Shown here: positions 59,604-64,000 of the stretch, piece by piece
Numbering within the stretch: position 1 is the stretch's first letter
Layout of the letters: every line of letters starts with the position of its first letter
Assembly (NCBI GenBank): GCA_028687275.1
Contig: JAQUAK010000004.1
Location: 3,104-67,103, forward strand
Origin: Patescibacteria group bacterium
GTDB taxonomy: Bacteria > Patescibacteriota > Patescibacteriia > Patescibacteriales > UBA12465
Direction of reading: 5' to 3'
DNA: 64,000 nt
The notes under the pieces: generated by a model
The model's input: only the letters and a program-made list of their open reading frames with translations
Databases searched by the model: none
What the model was told of the DNA's origin: nothing
Translations under genes and position numbers: made by a program

Positions 59604-62138
59604 TTACACCCAAGTCACACTAGCGACTCTATCCTCTGGGTCCTTAAAGCGCATAATGCGAACACCCTGAGTATCGCGACCTAAAGTATTAACTGATTTA
59701 AAAGGCATACGAATAACCTGTCCATTATTAGAAATAATAACTAAATCACGTCCATCCATTGAATCAGCATTAACTAAAAAAGCATTGGTAATTTCGCCGG
59801 TCTTATCAGTTACTTTGGCCGTCTTAATACCGCTACCACCACGGCCCTGCACCTTATAAACAGACAGGTCCGTTCTCTTGCCGTAGCCATTAGCCATGAT
59901 AATTAATATCTGATAGTTACGTTTCTGGGCCTTATCAGTTTGAGCAACGCCCATACCAACAATAGTATCATCTTTATGTAAGCGCATGCCATGGACACCA
60001 GTGGCATTGCGACCCATATCTCTAACATCAGTTTCTTTGAAGCGGATCGCTTGCCCCTTAGAAGTTACTAGACTGATATGATCACTACCTGAGGTCGGCT
60101 TTGCCCAAATCAACTTATCATCTTCTCTTATTTTAATTGCAATTAAACCGCTGCGACGAACATTATCAAAAGCAGCTAGCTTAACCTTCTTAACTAAGCC
60201 TTTTTCTGTAGCAAAGAATAGATACTGACTACCAAAAATCTTATCTAAAGGCAAAACTGAAGTTACTTGCTCTCCACCAGTAAGTTGCAAGAAGTTCACA
60301 ATTGAATTTCCCTTAGCGATACGAGAGGCCTGAGGAATTTCGTGAGCTTTCAATTGGAAAACACGGCCACGAGTAGTAAAGAACAGCATATCGCTATGAG
60401 TAAAGGTGCTAAACATGAATTCAACTGTATCCTCTTCTTTAGTAGTTAGCCCCATCACCCCTTTACCACCTCGAGCCTGAACCTTAAAGGTGTCTGGCTC
60501 TAGACGTTTAATATAGCCATCGCGAGTCATCATGACCACTGTTTCTTCATTTGGCACTAAATCCTCTAAGCTAAACTCCTTCACGCCATGAACCATAACA
60601 GCAGTGCGTCTAGGATTATCAAACTTATCTGACATAACAGTAATCTCCTCTTTAATAATTGCCCTGATTCTAGATACCGAAGCTAAAATTGCTTCTAACT
60701 CTTTAATGATCTTCTGCTTGTCCTTCCATTCTTGTTCAATCTTTAAGCTTTCCAGATTAGCCAAACTCTGTAACTTCATCTCTAAAATTGCCACTGCTTG
60801 GCGCTCAGATAACTTAAACTTCTTGATTAAACTAACGCGCGCCACATCTTTATCCTTTGAAGCTTTAATAGTCTTAATTACTTCATCAATATTCTTTAAA
60901 GCAATTAATAGCCCCTCTAAGATATGAGCTCTATCTTTAGCTTTGTCTAATTCATATTGAGTGCGACGACGAATAACAGTTTCGCGATGCTTAATATATT
61001 CTTCCAAAATTATTTTTAAAGTTAAAACTTTTGGCTGAATGCCATCAATAAGAGCCAACATATTCACATGAAAAGTTGTCTGCAAAGAGGTGTGTTTATA
61101 CAAAGCATTAAGAATCTTTTTTGGATAAGAATCTTTTTTAAGTTCAATTACAATTCTAACCCCATCTTTATCAGATTCATCACGCAAAGTTTTAATACCG
61201 TCCAGCTTCTTATCCTTAACTAAATCAGCTATTTTTTCTACTAAAGTTGCTTTATTAACCTGATAAGGAATTTCAGAAATAATAATATGGAAAGCGCCAC
61301 CTTTTTGTTCTTCAATTTCTGCTTTTCCACGTAAAACAATGCCTCCCTTACCAGTGGCATAAATAGCCATGATATCTTTTTGATTGTAAATAATGCCAGC
61401 AGTTGGAAAATCAGGACCCTTAACAAACTTCATTAATTCTTCAGTATCAGCCTCTGGTTTTTCTAATAGATAGCAAATAGCTTGAGTTAATTCGCCAAGG
61501 TTATGAGGAGGAATATTAGTCGACATACCCACAGCGATGCCCATGGTGCCGTTGAGCAAGAGGTTTGGTAATTTAGCTGGCAATACTTGTGGCTCATCAT
61601 GTGAGCCGTCGTAATTAGGAGAAAAATTAACCGTGTCTTTTTCAATATCAAATAACATTTCCTCGGCTATCCCTGCTAACTTAGCTTCCGTATAACGCAT
61701 AGCGGCCGCTGGATCACCGTCCATTGAACCATAGTTTCCTTGCCCGCGTACTAAAGGATAGCGCATAGAAAAATCTTGAGCTAAACGAACCATTGAATCA
61801 TACACCGCGCTATCGCCATGCGGATGATATTTACCTAAAACCTCACCGACAACCGTAGCTGATTTACGGAACTTAGCGTTAGCACGCAAGCCAATACTCC
61901 ACATCGCATATAAAATACGACGATGAACTGGCTTCAAGCCATCGCGCACATCAGGTAGAGCACGAGAGACAATCACGCTCATCGCATACTCTAAATAAGA
62001 ATTGCGCATTTCATCAACCAAAGGCTGATCTCTAACTGTACCAAATTCAGTTTGACGATCCTTATTGGCTGCTGGAGGTAAAGGAGCTTCTTCCTCCTCA
62101 ATTTTTTCATTTTTTTCTAAATCTTGTTTTTTATTCAT
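59604..62138 (-). CDS. gyrA: DNA gyrase subunit A
   Basis: Catalytic Tyr context [29 protein letters not shown]-terminal beta-pinwheel repeats. Start set to ATG at 62138 (MNKKQDLE), just after the upstream stop. The track ORF extends to 62192. Confidence 0.95.
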   Translation of the reverse strand: MNKKQDLEKNEKIEEEEAPLPPAANKDRQTEFGTVRDQPLVDEMRNSYLEYAMSVIVSRALPDVRDGLKPVHRRILYAMWSIGLRANAKFRKSATVVGEVLGKYHPHGDSAVYDSMVRLAQDFSMRYPLVRGQGNYGSMDGDPAAAMRYTEAKLAGIAEEMLFDIEKDTVNFSPNYDGSHDEPQVLPAKLPNLLLNGTMGIAVGMSTNIPPHNLGELTQAICYLLEKPEADTEELMKFVKGPDFPTAGIIYNQKDIMAIYATGKGGIVLRGKAEIEEQKGGAFHIIISEIPYQVNKATLVEKIADLVKDKKLDGIKTLRDESDKDGVRIVIELKKDSYPKKILNALYKHTSLQTTFHVNMLALIDGIQPKVLTLKIILEEYIKHRETVIRRRTQYELDKAKDRAHILEGLLIALKNIDEVIKTIKASKDKDVARVSLIKKFKLSERQAVAILEMKLQSLANLESLKIEQEWKDKQKIIKELEAILASVSRIRAIIKEEITVMSDKFDNPRRTAVMVHGVKEFSLEDLVPNEETVVMMTRDGYIKRLEPDTFKVQARGGKGVMGLTTKEEDTVEFMFSTFTHSDMLFFTTRGRVFQLKAHEIPQASRIAKGNSIVNFLQLTGGEQVTSVLPLDKIFGSQYLFFATEKGLVKKVKLAAFDNVRRSGLIAIKIREDDKLIWAKPTSGSDHISLVTSKGQAIRFKETDVRDMGRNATGVHGMRLHKDDTIVGMGVAQTDKAQKRNYQILIIMANGYGKRTDLSVYKVQGRGGSGIKTAKVTDKTGEITNAFLVNADSMDGRDLVIISNNGQVIRMPFKSVNTLGRDTQGVRIMRFKDPEDRVASVTWV

Positions 62139-62145
62139 ATCTATA

Positions 62146-62655
62146 TCAATAAGCAATTTGAGTGATAGCTTCACAACCAGGCGGAATGACACAAGGCCTT
62201 GACTGTCCCACGGTTGGCATACAATTAATGTAAGGCGGGCAATCGGCTGTTATAGCATCTCCTAGCGGTAATTTATTTTCTAATTCTTTTAAAAACTTTT
62301 GTGATTCAGTCGAAGTGGCGGTTGAAGTAGACGTTCCCATATCTTCTGGAGCGACTGATTCATCTAGCTCTTTATTATTAATATTTTCTAACATAACGTC
62401 TAAGAAATCTTTTTCTTCCGTGCTTGTTGCTGGCATATTAAAATTCTGACGCGCCGTATCGATGGTCTCTTGTATTTCTTGTCGCCACGAATTATTTTCC
62501 TCTGTATTTATATTTGTTTTTTTTGAGGAAAAAGAAAAACTTAAACTCAGCATCCACAAAACAAAAACAATAATAGATAAAACAATCACACCAACTTTCA
62601 TAATAAAGCGTTTTTTTTCTTCAGCCGCAATTGTCTTATCCTCAGGCGTAGACAT
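62146..62655 (-). CDS. membrane-anchored hypothetical protein with a C-terminal four-Cys motif
   Basis: 169 aa. TM ([20 protein letters not shown]). C-terminus [23 protein letters not shown]. Confidence 0.5.
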   Translation of the reverse strand: MSTPEDKTIAAEEKKRFIMKVGVIVLSIIVFVLWMLSLSFSFSSKKTNINTEENNSWRQEIQETIDTARQNFNMPATSTEEKDFLDVMLENINNKELDESVAPEDMGTSTSTATSTESQKFLKELENKLPLGDAITADCPPYINCMPTVGQSRPCVIPPGCEAITQIAY

Positions 62656-62663
62656 AAGATGTT

Positions 62664-63266
62664 TTATTCTTTAATACCATCTAGATTTACATCGTAAAGA
62701 ATTTGCTCGGCCACCAGACGGTAGCCCATAATTTCTTCTTTGTTAAACCAAAGAGAAATTTCTCTCTCTGCTTCGCTTACTTCATCAGAACAATGAACTA
62801 AATTACGGACTGCCCTTTCATCACGATTAGCTAATTCGTATGAGTCTAAAGTCATGTCTCCACGAATGGTGCCAACATCGGAAGTAGCAGGTTCAGTGCC
62901 ACCAACTATTTTTTTAATAACAGAAACAGCCTGATTTCCCTCCCAAATCATAAAAACAACTGGGCAACAGCTCATAAAATTAACTAGAGCGCGAATAATA
63001 TCTTTACCATATTCAATTGCTTCTTTTTCAACTGGCATGCCCATGTCTGTACGATTCTGAACGGTTAAGGCGCCCTTCTTTTCAAACCAAGCATCATCTT
63101 TATTATAGTGCTTCCATAAAGTATCTTCAGAGGCAAGCCCAAATTTCATAGCTACTAATTTTAAACCAGCACTTTCAAAACGCTTAATAGATTCGCCAAT
63201 TAAACCACGTTGAATGGCATCAGGTTTAAGAATTACGAAAGTTCTTTCTTGCTTTGGGTGATTCAT
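62664..63266 (-). CDS. ndk: nucleoside diphosphate kinase (long form with an internal insertion)
   Basis: 200 aa. ERTFVILKPDAIQRGLIGESIKRFE, GTIRGD, and an active-site His context NLVHCSD where NxxHGSD is usual. Confidence 0.8.
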   Translation of the reverse strand: MNHPKQERTFVILKPDAIQRGLIGESIKRFESAGLKLVAMKFGLASEDTLWKHYNKDDAWFEKKGALTVQNRTDMGMPVEKEAIEYGKDIIRALVNFMSCCPVVFMIWEGNQAVSVIKKIVGGTEPATSDVGTIRGDMTLDSYELANRDERAVRNLVHCSDEVSEAEREISLWFNKEEIMGYRLVAEQILYDVNLDGIKE

Positions 63267-63294
63267 ATAAATGTTTATTTACTATTTAAATTAA

Positions 63295-63942
63295 TTAATA
63301 TTTTAAAATTACTAACTCCATGTCTTCCTGAGGCAAATCTCTTTTGCTAATTTTTAATTTATCTTCATAAGAAGGAGTAAGCCCTAATCCTTTAATAAAC
63401 TTATCAACTGGATCTAGACCCTCAATCTTTAGATCAGGTGTATGATAGTGCATTGGCACTACGATTCGAGGCTCTATCTGATTAATTACTTCTATCGCCT
63501 TACTAGCATTTAAAGTATATTTACCCCCAACCGGCACTAATAATATATCAATACCAGATAATTTTTCTAACTGAGCGTCGTTTAAAGTTTCGCCTAAATC
63601 ACCAAGATGCACAATAGAAATATCTTCAACTTCAAAACGAAAAATAATATTTTTACCCCTTTCCTTGCCGCCATCAGTATCATGAAAAGAATCAATCCCT
63701 TCCACTAAAATATTTTTTACATCATACTCACCAGCACAATCAATAACAAAAGGATTCCCGCGCAAAGCGGCAACATTATTATGATCTTCATGTTGATGAG
63801 AAACCGTGACAATATTAGCTTCACAATTAGGCATTTTTAGACCGAAGTCTTTACCGTAAGGATCAGTGATAACAGTTATACCATCTGGTCCAATTTTATC
63901 TTGTATTTTAAAACAGGAATGCCCTAGCCAAGTAAGTATCAT
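63295..63942 (-). CDS. metallo-beta-lactamase-fold hydrolase (UPF0173-like)
   Basis: 215 aa. ITWLGHSCF-like start (LTWLGHSCF), metal motif SHQHEDHNN (HxHxDH). Confidence 0.75.
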   Translation of the reverse strand: MILTWLGHSCFKIQDKIGPDGITVITDPYGKDFGLKMPNCEANIVTVSHQHEDHNNVAALRGNPFVIDCAGEYDVKNILVEGIDSFHDTDGGKERGKNIIFRFEVEDISIVHLGDLGETLNDAQLEKLSGIDILLVPVGGKYTLNASKAIEVINQIEPRIVVPMHYHTPDLKIEGLDPVDKFIKGLGLTPSYEDKLKISKRDLPQEDMELVILKY

Positions 63943-64000
63943 ACGCGTAAGTATCTAATTAAAGCCAGTAATTTGGCTAAAAAATAAAAAAATAATTATT

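Noticed and set aside
1-64000. Window-wide search for CRISPR arrays, transposases/integrases, prophage genes, reverse transcriptase or DGR template/variable repeat pairs, rRNA and toxin-antitoxin pairs
   Set aside because: I found no spaced identical direct repeats, no recombinase or RT-like ORF, and no long duplicated segment apart from the diverged paralogous pilin-like modules. This was a by-eye search. A computational repeat search would be needed to exclude short or degenerate repeats.

Overview
AT-rich, gene-dense bacterial window with short intergenic gaps. About 50 of 56 protein genes lie on the minus strand. The gene content fits a reduced-genome, probably anaerobic, CPR/Patescibacteria-like organism; that placement is inference from gene content and composition. 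The standard genetic code fits, since conserved proteins are intact and hisS ends in TGA. The housekeeping backbone covers cell division (ftsE, ftsX, FtsB-like, ftsA, ftsZ), secretion (secD, secF, lepB) and an nrdR-nrdD-nrdG class III ribonucleotide reductase operon. It also includes clpP, a short Rel, rpsU, hisS, queA, ruvB, gyrA, ndk, radC, rmuC, a UvrD-type helicase-nuclease, a P-type ATPase and three tRNAs (Gln-UUG, Gly-CCC, Thr-CGU). I saw no rRNA, CRISPR array, integrase, transposase or reverse transcriptase. Two things stand out. (1) A roughly 13.9 kb minus-strand island (30211-44097) holds seven secreted or membrane-anchored proteins. Two are giants of 896 and 1950 aa whose N-termini are paralogous signal-peptide plus two-helix hairpins resembling TrbC/VirB2-type T4SS pilins. 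The others include a 973 aa Cys-rich protein with a Gly-X-Y tract and two TSP3-type calcium-repeat paralogs. (2) nrdD appears split: the 698 aa ORF stops just after its zinc site, and a hand-found 47-codon ORF (16828-16971), too short for the supplied track, carries the glycyl-radical signature. Smaller oddities include a soluble VirD4/TraD-like ATPase with a zinc-ribbon tail next to a DEDDh exonuclease, an RlpA-DacA fusion upstream of ftsEX, an FtsE Walker A reading GKPT, a tRNA-Gly with an atypical T-loop, and tandem NrdR-box-like sites.
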